A stretch of 64,000 nt of DNA from Phycisphaerales bacterium. Lineage in GTDB: Bacteria > Planctomycetota > Phycisphaerae > Phycisphaerales > UBA1924. This document shows, piece after piece, positions 8,882-19,521 of this stretch. The notes below the pieces were generated by a model, which searched no databases, was not told where the DNA came from, and was given only the letters and a program-made list of their open reading frames with translations. A program made the position numbers and the translations under genes. The stretch lies in NCBI GenBank assembly GCA_965227775.1, contig OZ245777.1:3136001-3200000 (forward strand), given 5' to 3'. Numbering within the stretch: position 1 is the stretch's first letter; each line of letters starts with the position of its first letter.

Positions 8882-11173
8882 ATGACTACCCCGCTGCTGC
8901 TAATCCTCGCCGTCCTCTTGCTCCTGCCTGCGGCCGTCGTCATCATCGTCTACGCCATCAAGGCCTTCTCGTTCATCGTCAAGCGCGTGTTCGGGTTCGT
9001 CTTCGGCATGATCAGCGACGCGCTGCGCCTCATCGGCACGCTCATCGTCGTGCCCATCCTCAGCCTGCTCGTCGTCGCCAACATCGTCATCGGGCGCTGG
9101 TCGGCAGCCAGCCACTTTGGCAAGGGCGTGGCCGATGAGGTCCGCACCTTCGGCGCCGCGCTCTACCGCCTGTGCATCGGCCACCCGGCGCGGCTGCTCT
9201 GCCTGACGCCGCTCACCGAGGGCCTGGAGCGCCGCCTACCTGAGATCGTCGCGGCAGCTCCTGGGCCCGACAAGCCAAGCCGGCGTACCGGCGCGTTCGA
9301 TGGCTACGCGGTCACCGGCTCGCTGCCCGGCGGCGGCTCTGGCGGCAAGCTCTACCTGGCAACTCCCGACGAGCGCAAGCGCGGTTCATTCATGCGTCAG
9401 GGGCTGGGCGAGGTCGACCAGGTCGTCATCAAGTCGTTCCACTTGCGTGAGGGTTCGAGCCTGCCGCAGATCGTGCGCGAGAGCCGCAGCCTCGACGCGG
9501 CTCGCAAGATGGGCCTCGTGCTCGAGCACGAGCTGACCGACGAGCGGTTCTTCTACGTCATGCGATACGCACCTGGCGAGTCGCTAGCGCGCGTGACCCA
9601 GCAGATGCACGCCATGACGGGCGCCAAGGGGCTGAGCAAGCGCGACATGCGCACCGTGCTGGGCTACCAGCGCGATCTGCTGGACACGCTGTCCGCATAC
9701 CACTCTGGCGGTTTGTGGCACAAGGATGTCAAGCCCGACAACATCATCGTCGACGGCGACAAGGCCCGACTGGTCGACTTTGGGCTCATCACCCACCTGC
9801 GCTCGGCCATGACGCTCACCACGCACGGCACCGAGTACTTCCGCGACCCAGAGATGGTCCGCATGGCCCTCCGGGGCGTGAAGGTCAACGAGGTCGACGG
9901 CGAGCGCTTCGACGTGTATGCCGCTGGCGCCGTGCTGTACTCGATGATCGAGAACAGCTTCCCGGCCCACGGCGGACTCAGCCGAGTCAGCCAGCCCTGC
10001 CCCGAGGCGGTCCGATGGATCATCCGCCGTGCCATGACCGACTACGACAAGCGCTATCGCTCGGCCGGTGAGATGCTCGGCGACGTGCAGTATGTGCTGA
10101 CGTCGCAGGACATGTTCGCCATCAAGCCCGCCGAGCTGCCCAGCATGGGTGGCGGCGCCGCGATGGCGTCCGCCATGGACGCCGACGAGATCGAAGACCC
10201 ACGCGCCGTTTCGCCCGTGGCACATCACGCGCCTCCGCCGCCTCTGCCTCGCGGGGAAGACCAGGGCCAGAGCGAGGACGAGGGCCAGGCGGCTGTCCCA
10301 CAGCGGCGCATCCGCGTGATGAACTGGTGGTCGGGCAGCTTCACGGTGGGCGGTAAGGAGGCTAAGCCGCAAGCCGATGTGCCCGTCGATGTTGGTGCTC
10401 CCGCGCCCGCCTTCGTGCGTGCTGGCGCCCCGCTGCCAGGTGCGACCAAGCACCGCGCCGCAGCCGAGCAGCGCGCCGCCGCGCGCCAGCGAGCCCACGA
10501 CCGCCGCACGCGCGCACACCAGCGTCGCCGCCAGATCACCGGCAGGGGCGGCAAGTCCGGTGGCGGCGCCCGATTTGGCGTCGGCCTTGCCATCATCCTC
10601 GTGGTTATGCCCGCCATCGCCGCGGGCCTGATCACGCTGCGTTTCGCAAACTCAGGCCCCCAGTACACACACACCATCAGCGTGCCGGACGCGCCCGATG
10701 CACCGAAGCCGCTTGCCGAATCGCGTCGCATCGGTTCGCCAGAAGAGCTCGCCGAAGAACTCCGCCACGCCGTCCGTCTGTCGGCCGAGCACAAGGGCAC
10801 CGTCGACGGCACGCTCCTGGTTGTTCGCGACGCAACCGGGCTGAGCCTGGAGCAGCGGGCGGTGCTCGAGCATCGGCTCGCTGCGCTCCGCGCCGCCGGC
10901 GTCCGCGTGCTGGATGCGCACAACGCCGACTCGGACGAGCTCTCGCACGTTACCGAGTTGCTCGCCACGCTTCGCAGCTACGTCGGCATGAACGATCCGC
11001 GCACCTCGTCGGGCAGCAAGCTGCTTGGCGAGTGGATCCGCGAGGCCGAGGGTGTCGACGCGATCTACTGGATCGCAGCCGATGAGCGCGATGCTACGAG
11101 CGCAACCACCATAACGGGGGCGCGAGGCGACGCGGGCGAAACGATCATCAATGCGATCCGCCGCCTGCCCTGA
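8882..11173 (+). CDS. Membrane-bound Hanks-type Ser/Thr protein kinase
   Basis: GGGSGG loop, VVIK, HKDVKPDN, DFG, GTEYFRDPE, DVYAAG; TM helices at the N-terminus and after an Arg-rich linker. Confidence 0.9.
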   Translation: MTTPLLLILAVLLLLPAAVVIIVYAIKAFSFIVKRVFGFVFGMISDALRLIGTLIVVPILSLLVVANIVIGRWSAASHFGKGVADEVRTFGAALYRLCIGHPARLLCLTPLTEGLERRLPEIVAAAPGPDKPSRRTGAFDGYAVTGSLPGGGSGGKLYLATPDERKRGSFMRQGLGEVDQVVIKSFHLREGSSLPQIVRESRSLDAARKMGLVLEHELTDERFFYVMRYAPGESLARVTQQMHAMTGAKGLSKRDMRTVLGYQRDLLDTLSAYHSGGLWHKDVKPDNIIVDGDKARLVDFGLITHLRSAMTLTTHGTEYFRDPEMVRMALRGVKVNEVDGERFDVYAAGAVLYSMIENSFPAHGGLSRVSQPCPEAVRWIIRRAMTDYDKRYRSAGEMLGDVQYVLTSQDMFAIKPAELPSMGGGAAMASAMDADEIEDPRAVSPVAHHAPPPPLPRGEDQGQSEDEGQAAVPQRRIRVMNWWSGSFTVGGKEAKPQADVPVDVGAPAPAFVRAGAPLPGATKHRAAAEQRAAARQRAHDRRTRAHQRRRQITGRGGKSGGGARFGVGLAIILVVMPAIAAGLITLRFANSGPQYTHTISVPDAPDAPKPLAESRRIGSPEELAEELRHAVRLSAEHKGTVDGTLLVVRDATGLSLEQRAVLEHRLAALRAAGVRVLDAHNADSDELSHVTELLATLRSYVGMNDPRTSSGSKLLGEWIREAEGVDAIYWIAADERDATSATTITGARGDAGETIINAIRRLP

Positions 11174-11179
11174 CGCCCA

Positions 11180-11986
11180 TCAATCAGCCTCGACTGGCTT
11201 CGGCTGGGCACCCGAGACTTTCTCGAGCGCCCGCTGCGCGATATAGCCGATGACGCCGAGCACGGCAAACGTGATGGCCAGCGCGATGATGATCTCCACC
11301 GGTTCGCGCTTGAAAAGGTCGACGAGGTTGTCGCCCCGCTTGGCACCCTCCGATGCCAGCCATACCGCCGCGAACGTCCGCGGCGCCATACCGAGGGCGG
11401 TGCCGATCACGTACGGCACGAGCCTGACGCCCGAGGCGGCCATCGCCAGATTCGTGAGTGCGAACGGCGAGTTTGGCGGCACGCGGATGAGCGATACGAT
11501 TGCGGTCGTCCGCAGCATGCCGTGCCCGATGAGCGCATCGCGCACTGCTCGAGCCTTCGGGCTCTCGTCGATCATCTTCTCGACCCGACGCTTGGAGATC
11601 GTCCGCGCGATGGTGTAGCCGATGAGCGAGGCACCGACGAAGCCCGCCCACGCGGCGAGGAAGCCCACGACCGGACCGAACGCCCAGCCGCCGAGCAACG
11701 CCTGCGAGTACGTCGGCAGTGCGCCGAACCCAGCGCTGAACATAAAGAGCACCGAGTACAGCACCACGCCCAGGAGTTGGTGCGTCTCGAGCCAGCCCGA
11801 AATGTCACCGATGAACGCGAGCAGCAGGAAACCGCCCAGCGGCGGCATCGCCGTCCACGCGATCGCGAGGAATCCCGCCGGCCCCAATCGCTTGAAGAAG
11901 GAGACCAGCCCCTCCTTCTGGGGTTCGTCGCCGGCGTGCTCTGGCTTGGGTTGCTCGGCGTCGCTCGGTTGGTCGGGCTTGCTCAT
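11180..11986 (-). CDS. TVP38/TMEM64 (VTT/DedA) family membrane protein
   Basis: Multiple TM helices, GGWAFGP, LIRVPPNSPFALTN, GTALGMAPRT. Confidence 0.85.
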   Translation of the reverse strand: MSKPDQPSDAEQPKPEHAGDEPQKEGLVSFFKRLGPAGFLAIAWTAMPPLGGFLLLAFIGDISGWLETHQLLGVVLYSVLFMFSAGFGALPTYSQALLGGWAFGPVVGFLAAWAGFVGASLIGYTIARTISKRRVEKMIDESPKARAVRDALIGHGMLRTTAIVSLIRVPPNSPFALTNLAMAASGVRLVPYVIGTALGMAPRTFAAVWLASEGAKRGDNLVDLFKREPVEIIIALAITFAVLGVIGYIAQRALEKVSGAQPKPVEAD

Positions 11987-12123
11987 GGCCCAGCGTACGC
12001 GGCAATTCCACGGCGCGGCATCGCCTACCCTCGCTGGTTGTCGAGAAACCCCGCGCCGGTCGGCCAACCCGCCGCCCCGGCGCCTTTCCCGCCCGTCCGA
12101 TCGGGCCGAGGTCCTCCGTTCGA

Positions 12124-13044
12124 ATGCTGCCCAAGCCCCCCCCGCGTGAGCCCTCGCTGGGCTTCATCTACTCGCCGCCCTATCGCATCCAGGGCATCTC
12201 CATCGCTGGCGAGGCGACCGCCATCCAGATTCCCGAGCTCGACGTCTGCTTCGACATGGGCGCGTGCCCGCGGCCGATGCTCGCCAGCCCGATCTGCGCG
12301 CTGAGCCACGGCCACATGGACCACGTCGGAGGCCTGGCGTACTACCTCAGCCAGCGGCAGTTCCAGGGCATGGGCACCGGCGCGATCGCCTGCGACGCGC
12401 GCATCGAGGGCGACATCCGCCGCATGCTCGAGGGCTACGTCGGCCTCGAACGCCAGCGCACACCGTTCGAGATCTACCCACTCGAGGACGGCCAGAGCCA
12501 CCCGCTCAAGCCCAACCACTTCCTCCGCGGCTTCCACACCGAGCACACGGCCCCCTCCATGGGCTACGTGGTCTACGAGAAGCGCACCAAGCTCAAAGAA
12601 GACTTCGTCGGGCTACCCCAGGAGAAGCTCGTTGAGCTGAAGAAGCGCGGCGAGGAGATCACCCGCAGCTTCGAGGTTCCGCTGGTGGCCTACACGGGGG
12701 ACACGCTGCCCGGCGCCCACCTGCTGCGCTCGGACATTCGCGAGGCTCGCGTCGTCATCGCCGAGTGCACGTTCTTCGAGAAAGGCCACCACAAGCGGTC
12801 GCGCATCGGCATGCACATGCACGTGGACGACATCGTCCAGTGGCTTCCGCTCTTGAATTGTCAGACTCTGATCTTGGGGCACATCTCTCGCCGCACGCAA
12901 CTAGGGGATGTTCGCCAGGCGCTCGAGGAGCGGCTCGACCCCGAGCAACTTTCACGAGTACGGGTGCTCATGGACCACCGCGCGAACCGTCACGAGTACG
13001 AGCGGCTCGTTGCCGAGTCGAACGAAGAGTCCGACGAAAAGTAG
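12124..13044 (+). CDS. Metallo-beta-lactamase fold hydrolase, RNase Z (TM-type-like)
   Basis: SHGHMDH, YTGDT, AECTF, HMH, GHISRR motifs and a KLK flexible arm. Confidence 0.8.
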   Translation: MLPKPPPREPSLGFIYSPPYRIQGISIAGEATAIQIPELDVCFDMGACPRPMLASPICALSHGHMDHVGGLAYYLSQRQFQGMGTGAIACDARIEGDIRRMLEGYVGLERQRTPFEIYPLEDGQSHPLKPNHFLRGFHTEHTAPSMGYVVYEKRTKLKEDFVGLPQEKLVELKKRGEEITRSFEVPLVAYTGDTLPGAHLLRSDIREARVVIAECTFFEKGHHKRSRIGMHMHVDDIVQWLPLLNCQTLILGHISRRTQLGDVRQALEERLDPEQLSRVRVLMDHRANRHEYERLVAESNEESDEK

Positions 13045-13094
13045 TGCTACGAACGCGCCAGCGGCCTTCGGCTCCGGTCGCATGTCGGAAGTGG

Positions 13095-13123
13095 TTGACA
13101 CGCTCGGCGAATTGTGGTATCTT
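13095..13123 (+). promoter_or_regulatory. Sigma-70 promoter of dnaA
   Basis: TTGACA-N17-TATCTT with an extended -10 TG. Confidence 0.8.
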
Positions 13124-13255
13124 GATGCCCGCGTCCGTTCGAGCGGTGGGAACCCGGGCCACCCGTGACCGTGCAGGCAGAATCAGCCGCGGAAGCGGCG
13201 ACGCTGTCTTGTGCCCACCGCCGAACAAGGAACCGACGCCGACTGGGGTGCCTTC

Positions 13256-14626
<1,371 letters not shown>

Positions 14627-14666
14627 TTACGCTCGGGTATGGAGCAAGCGGTTTCGAGCCGGGCGA

Positions 14667-15299
14667 TTAGTCGTCCGTCTCGTGGTGCGCCACGCGGGGC
14701 ATGTTCTCGAGGACCTTGTCGATCAGTCCGTACTTGATCATCTCCTGATCATCGAGCCACAGGTTGCGATCGCAGTCGCGCTCGATCTTGTCCTTGTCCT
14801 GCCCCGTCGCGTCGGCGTAGATCTGGTACAGCCGCTCGCGGAGGCGGATGATCTCCTTGGCCTCGATCTCCAGGTCGGTCGCCTGACCCTCCATGACGCC
14901 GCCGATGAGCGGCTGGTGCATGAGGTTGCGGCTGTTGCGAAGGCAGTACCGCTTACCCTTCGCGCCGCTGGCAGCGATCACCGAGCCCATGCTGGAGGCT
15001 TGGCCGATGATGTACGTGCACACGTCGGGCTGGATGAAGTTCATCGTATCGATGATGCCCAGGCCGCTGGTGACGCTGCCGCCGGGCGAGTTGACGTACA
15101 GGTGCACGTCGCTCTCGGGGTCTTCGTTTGCCAGGAAGAGCAGCTGGGCGACGATGAGGTTGGCCATGTCGTCCATCACCGGCCCACCCAGGAAGATGAT
15201 CCTGTCCTTGAGCAGGCGCGAGTAGATGTCGTACGACCGCTCTCCGCGACCGGTCTTCTCGATGACGATGGGCACCAGGTAGTTCGATTCAACGCTCAT
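14667..15299 (-). CDS. clpP: ATP-dependent Clp protease proteolytic subunit (Asn at the triad Asp position)
   Basis: [35 protein letters not shown]. Confidence 0.95.
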   Translation of the reverse strand: MSVESNYLVPIVIEKTGRGERSYDIYSRLLKDRIIFLGGPVMDDMANLIVAQLLFLANEDPESDVHLYVNSPGGSVTSGLGIIDTMNFIQPDVCTYIIGQASSMGSVIAASGAKGKRYCLRNSRNLMHQPLIGGVMEGQATDLEIEAKEIIRLRERLYQIYADATGQDKDKIERDCDRNLWLDDQEMIKYGLIDKVLENMPRVAHHETDD

Positions 15300-15371
15300 T
15301 GGCGGGTATCTCCGGCTTGGGTTGGTCTTCTACGGTCAGCGGCAAGACGGGGTGCTGGAAGTCGCGTCGGC

Positions 15372-15956
15372 TCAGCCGCCGGACTTCTTCGTGTGCTGGA
15401 GCACCTCGTCGACGATGCCGTAGGCCTTGGCCTCTTCGGCGCTGAAGTACTTGTCGCGCTCGCTATCGCGCTGGATGGTCTCGGCGTCCTGACCGGTATG
15501 GCTCGCCAGGATGTCGTTGAGCGCACGCTTGCTCTTGATAATCTGCTCGGCTTGCAGGCGGATGTCCTCGGCCTGCCCCGTGATCCCGCCGTAGGGCTGG
15601 TGGATCATGACCTTGGCGTGCGGCAGGATGTACCGCTTGCCCTTCTCGCCCGCGGTGAGGAGCACCGCGCCGCCCGAGTACGCCCGGCCGATGCAATACG
15701 TCGCCACCGGGCTGGAAAGGAACTGCATGGTGTCGTAGATGGCAAGCGTGTCGTCGACCGCACCGCCGGGGCTGTTGATGTAGAAGTTGATCTGCTGGCC
15801 TCGCTTCTGGTCTTCGAGGTACAGCATCTGCATCATGACGCGGGCCGCCGAGGCAAAGTTGATCTCACCGATCAGGAAGACGACCCGGTTCTCGAGCAAG
15901 AGCTCGTCGATGGTCATCTCACGCGTGCGCTGGTAGGAAACTGCCGATGCGGGCAT
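15372..15956 (-). CDS. clpP: ATP-dependent Clp protease proteolytic subunit
   Basis: YINSPGG, AYSGG, MIHQP, ERDKYF (canonical Ser-His-Asp triad). Confidence 0.95.
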   Translation of the reverse strand: MPASAVSYQRTREMTIDELLLENRVVFLIGEINFASAARVMMQMLYLEDQKRGQQINFYINSPGGAVDDTLAIYDTMQFLSSPVATYCIGRAYSGGAVLLTAGEKGKRYILPHAKVMIHQPYGGITGQAEDIRLQAEQIIKSKRALNDILASHTGQDAETIQRDSERDKYFSAEEAKAYGIVDEVLQHTKKSGG

Positions 15957-16377
15957 GGGCGGACCTTCTCCTCTCTAGAAGCCGACGCGAGGCCGACCCG
16001 TATCCGTGTAAATACCGACCGGCCTGGGCTGCTGCCCGCCGATCGGGGTGGAGGCTTCCCGACAAGCCGTTCATCGGCTCGCCAGCTTGCCGGCTGCAAG
16101 CGATGGGCCAGTTTGCCCACCAATCCCAGACGCCCCAAGGCGACTCGGCTCGCCGACGCAGCCCATATCGGCCGGAAGCCCCCGCCCAGTTCGGTCATCG
16201 GCGTGTCACCGGCCCGCCGATCTGGCAGCGAAGGCCTTCCCCGGGGATGTCGCGGACCCGATCAGCCACCGACGGCCGGTAATGGCCTTGGGGCCATCGG
16301 TTCCGTACACTCCCGCCCACTGCGGTCCCAGCAGGGTTCCGTGGGGCCTTGGAAGCCGGCGGGCTTGCCCGCGGAGG

Positions 16378-17163
16378 ATGTGTTCATTGCCGACCGCCGT
16401 GATCAGCGACATGCACGGAAACGCCACCGCGCTGCGGGCCGTGCTGGCCGACATCGAGGCCAAGGGCGTTGATCGCATCGTCTGCCTGGGCGACATCGTG
16501 GGCTATGGCCCCGAGCCGCTGGCGTGCGTCGACCTTGTTCGCGAACGCTGCGCCTGGTCGCTCATGGGCAACCACGACTTTGCCGTGCTCTACGAGCCCA
16601 CCAATTTCAACCCTATGGCAGCCGGCTCGGCCTATTGGACACGCGAGCAGTTCGACGCCGAACCCGACGAGGCCAAGCGAACCGAGCGGTACAACTTTCT
16701 GGGCCGTCTCCGCGTCCGCGTGGCCGACGCCGATTCTCCGCTGAAGGCACCGCTGTTGGCCGTCCACGGCTCGCCCCGCCGGCCCATCAACGAGTACATC
16801 TTCGATAAGGACGTCCGAGACGCGCCCGAGAAGCTCGAGGCCATTTTCGAGCGATTTGAGGGCGCCTGCGTCGTGGGCCACACCCACGTGCCGGGCGTCT
16901 TCACCGACGAGCCCGATTTCTATCCGCCCGACGAACTCGGCGAGTCGGGCTTCAAGCTACGCGAGGGCGAACAGATCATCATTAACGTGGGCTCGGTTGG
17001 CCAGCCACGCGACGGCGACCCCCGCGCCTGCTACGCGATGCTGCACGAGGATCGCGTCGAATTCCACCGCGTCGAGTACGACATCCAGGACACCGCCGAC
17101 AAGATCAAGGCCATCGCCGAGCTCGACGACTACCTGGGCGATCGCCTCTTTGGCGGGCAATAG
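16378..17163 (+). CDS. Calcineurin-like metallophosphoesterase
   Basis: SDMHGN, GDIVGYG, GNHD, HGSP, GHTH, NVGSVGQPRD. Start is ATG 16378 or TTG 16387. Confidence 0.92.
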   Translation: MCSLPTAVISDMHGNATALRAVLADIEAKGVDRIVCLGDIVGYGPEPLACVDLVRERCAWSLMGNHDFAVLYEPTNFNPMAAGSAYWTREQFDAEPDEAKRTERYNFLGRLRVRVADADSPLKAPLLAVHGSPRRPINEYIFDKDVRDAPEKLEAIFERFEGACVVGHTHVPGVFTDEPDFYPPDELGESGFKLREGEQIIINVGSVGQPRDGDPRACYAMLHEDRVEFHRVEYDIQDTADKIKAIAELDDYLGDRLFGGQ

Positions 17164-17169
17164 AGACCC

Positions 17170-19503
17170 ATGGCAGCACCGACAAAGAGCATCGCTCGAA
17201 TCCTGATCCCCCTGTCGATCCTCGTTGCCGTCGGCCTGCTCATCGTGGTGCCGATGTTCAATCAGGCCGGCACCGGCACACCCGGCCAGCAGAGCCAGCA
17301 GCAGCAGGCACCGCAGCAGCAGCCGGAGTCTCCAGCATCGCCAGACTCCACAGATGCTCCGCCTGCGAGCGCTGAACAATCCGACGAGCAGCCCGCCGAC
17401 GGCGAGGCCGCCGCGTCGGGTGAGCAACCGTCGGACGAGCCCATCGATCTGCCCGAGCAAGCCACCCCGAGCACGACGCCGGGCGCCACACCTGGCACCG
17501 CGGAAAGCTACCGCGTGCTCCCCGCCGTCGACACCGAAGCGGCCATGCAACCAACCCGCGTCGGCGGCGTCGACCCCGAGTCGTTCAAGCTCGAGCTCTC
17601 CTTCTCGCCGCTCGGCGCTGGCGTGCAGCGCATCGAGCTGGCCGACTACTCGCGAAAGCTTGGCTCGGCCGACCCCGTGCCCGTGCAGGAAGCCTGGAAC
17701 CTCCCCACCGTCACCGGCGGCACGGTCCGCATCGTGCCGTTCGCCGCCGTCGCGGTCGAGATCAACGGACAGCGCGTGCCGATCTACACGGCCCTCGACG
17801 ACGCCGGAGTGGTGCAGCCCGCGTGGAACCAGGTCGAGCCCGGGCGATTCGAAGCGACCATCGCCGACGCTCAGGGCACGCCCGTGCTCACGCTCGAGCG
17901 ACACTACCAGGCCGACGGCACGAGCCACGACTTCACGCTGCAGCACTCGGCCCGCAACCTGACCGACCAGCCCATGCGTGTCCGCTGGATCACCTTCGGC
18001 CCAGCGCAGCTCTACCAGGAAAGCCAGGGCTACGGCGGCGACAAGCGGCGCGTGCGTTTCGGGTTCGTCGAACCGGGCAACCCCGGCTTCGTGGTCGGTG
18101 GCGACTACATGGAGACCATCGGCGGCGTCTCGGGCAAGCGCGACAAGCAGACCGGGCGCTACGAGGCCTCGCAACAACTCTGGCCCACCACCAAGGCGGA
18201 GAACAACGGCAACAGGCTCGCGTGGGCAGGCCTAACGAACCGCTACTTCGGCGTGGCGATTCACGGCGTTGCTGAGGGCGACACACCGAGCACGTCGATC
18301 CCGCTGCTCACGCCCGTGGAGTCGGTGTCTCGCGTCCTGCTCGATCCGGCCGCCCGACCCAACGAGCCCAACTACGTGCTCGGCCTCGAGGTGACGAGCC
18401 CCGCGTACGAAGTGGACGCGGGCGCCGCCTCCGAGCACCAGATTGGCATCTACGCGGGCCCGCTCTCACGCTCGCTCATCTCATCGAACCCGTCGGCCGA
18501 GGCAGTCATGCTGCGGCAGTTGGTGCAGTACACCTTCGGCGGGCCCTGCGGATTCTGCACGTTCCCGTGGCTTGCCCACATCCTGGTTTGGCTGCTGAAC
18601 CTCATCCACGACTACGTCACGTTCGACTGGGCGCTGGCGATCGTCGTGCTGGTGCTCATCGTGCGCACCGTGCTCCACCCGGTGACAAAGTGGAGCCAGA
18701 TCCGCGTGCAGCGATTCAGCCATCAGATGCAACAGATGGCGCCCAAGCAGAAGAAGATCCAGGAGAAGTACAAGAGCGACCCCAAGCGGATGCAGGCCGA
18801 GATGGCCAAGCTCTGGCGCGAGGAAGGCATCAACCCCGCCGGCATGCTGGGCTGCCTGCCCATGTTCCTCCAGACGCCAGTCTGGATCGCGCTCTACGCG
18901 TCTCTCTACTTCGCCATCGAATTGCGCCACGAGGCGGGCTTCTTTGGCGTGTTCCAGTTGCTCGGCGGCTGGCCCTTCCTGGCCGACCTCGCCCAGCCCG
19001 ACAGCGCCATCCCGCTGCCGCAGGCGATGCACTTCGCGCTGCCTCTCATGGGCACGATCACGGCGATCAACGTGCTGCCGTTGCTGCTGGGTGTCGTGTT
19101 CTTCGTGCAGCAGAAGTACATGATGCCGCCGCCCACCGCCACCATGACGCCCGAGCAGCAGGCCCAGCAGCGCATGATGAAGGTCATGATGGTGGTGATG
19201 TTCCCGATCTTCATGTACAACGCGCCCAGCGGCCTGGCGGTCTACTTCATCGCGAATTCGGCGCTGGGCATCATCGAGATGCGCTACATCCGCGCACACA
19301 TCAACAAGAACGACCTGCTGACGCCCAAGCAACGCGACCCGGGCAAGAAGACCTACATGCAGCGTCTCATGGAGCGTGCCCAGCAGCGTCAGGAGATGAT
19401 GCAAGCAGCCCGCGGCCAGGGACCCGTGAAGGGTCCGACCAGCGGCGCGCTCGGCGCCCGCCGCAAAAAGACCGAGAACCGCCGCAAGGGCCGCCGCCCC
19501 TAA
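17170..19503 (+). CDS. yidC: Membrane protein insertase YidC
   Basis: Large periplasmic domain, WALAIVVLVLIVR, GINP..GCLPMFLQTP, PSGLAVY. Confidence 0.95.
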   Translation: MAAPTKSIARILIPLSILVAVGLLIVVPMFNQAGTGTPGQQSQQQQAPQQQPESPASPDSTDAPPASAEQSDEQPADGEAAASGEQPSDEPIDLPEQATPSTTPGATPGTAESYRVLPAVDTEAAMQPTRVGGVDPESFKLELSFSPLGAGVQRIELADYSRKLGSADPVPVQEAWNLPTVTGGTVRIVPFAAVAVEINGQRVPIYTALDDAGVVQPAWNQVEPGRFEATIADAQGTPVLTLERHYQADGTSHDFTLQHSARNLTDQPMRVRWITFGPAQLYQESQGYGGDKRRVRFGFVEPGNPGFVVGGDYMETIGGVSGKRDKQTGRYEASQQLWPTTKAENNGNRLAWAGLTNRYFGVAIHGVAEGDTPSTSIPLLTPVESVSRVLLDPAARPNEPNYVLGLEVTSPAYEVDAGAASEHQIGIYAGPLSRSLISSNPSAEAVMLRQLVQYTFGGPCGFCTFPWLAHILVWLLNLIHDYVTFDWALAIVVLVLIVRTVLHPVTKWSQIRVQRFSHQMQQMAPKQKKIQEKYKSDPKRMQAEMAKLWREEGINPAGMLGCLPMFLQTPVWIALYASLYFAIELRHEAGFFGVFQLLGGWPFLADLAQPDSAIPLPQAMHFALPLMGTITAINVLPLLLGVVFFVQQKYMMPPPTATMTPEQQAQQRMMKVMMVVMFPIFMYNAPSGLAVYFIANSALGIIEMRYIRAHINKNDLLTPKQRDPGKKTYMQRLMERAQQRQEMMQAARGQGPVKGPTSGALGARRKKTENRRKGRRP

Positions 19504-19521
19504 CCCCGCCGGTCTGGCTCG

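Noticed and set aside
15957..16377. 420-bp intergenic region as a possible ncRNA or ORF extension
   Set aside because: No recognisable RNA family motif; it is adequately explained as a divergent promoter region.
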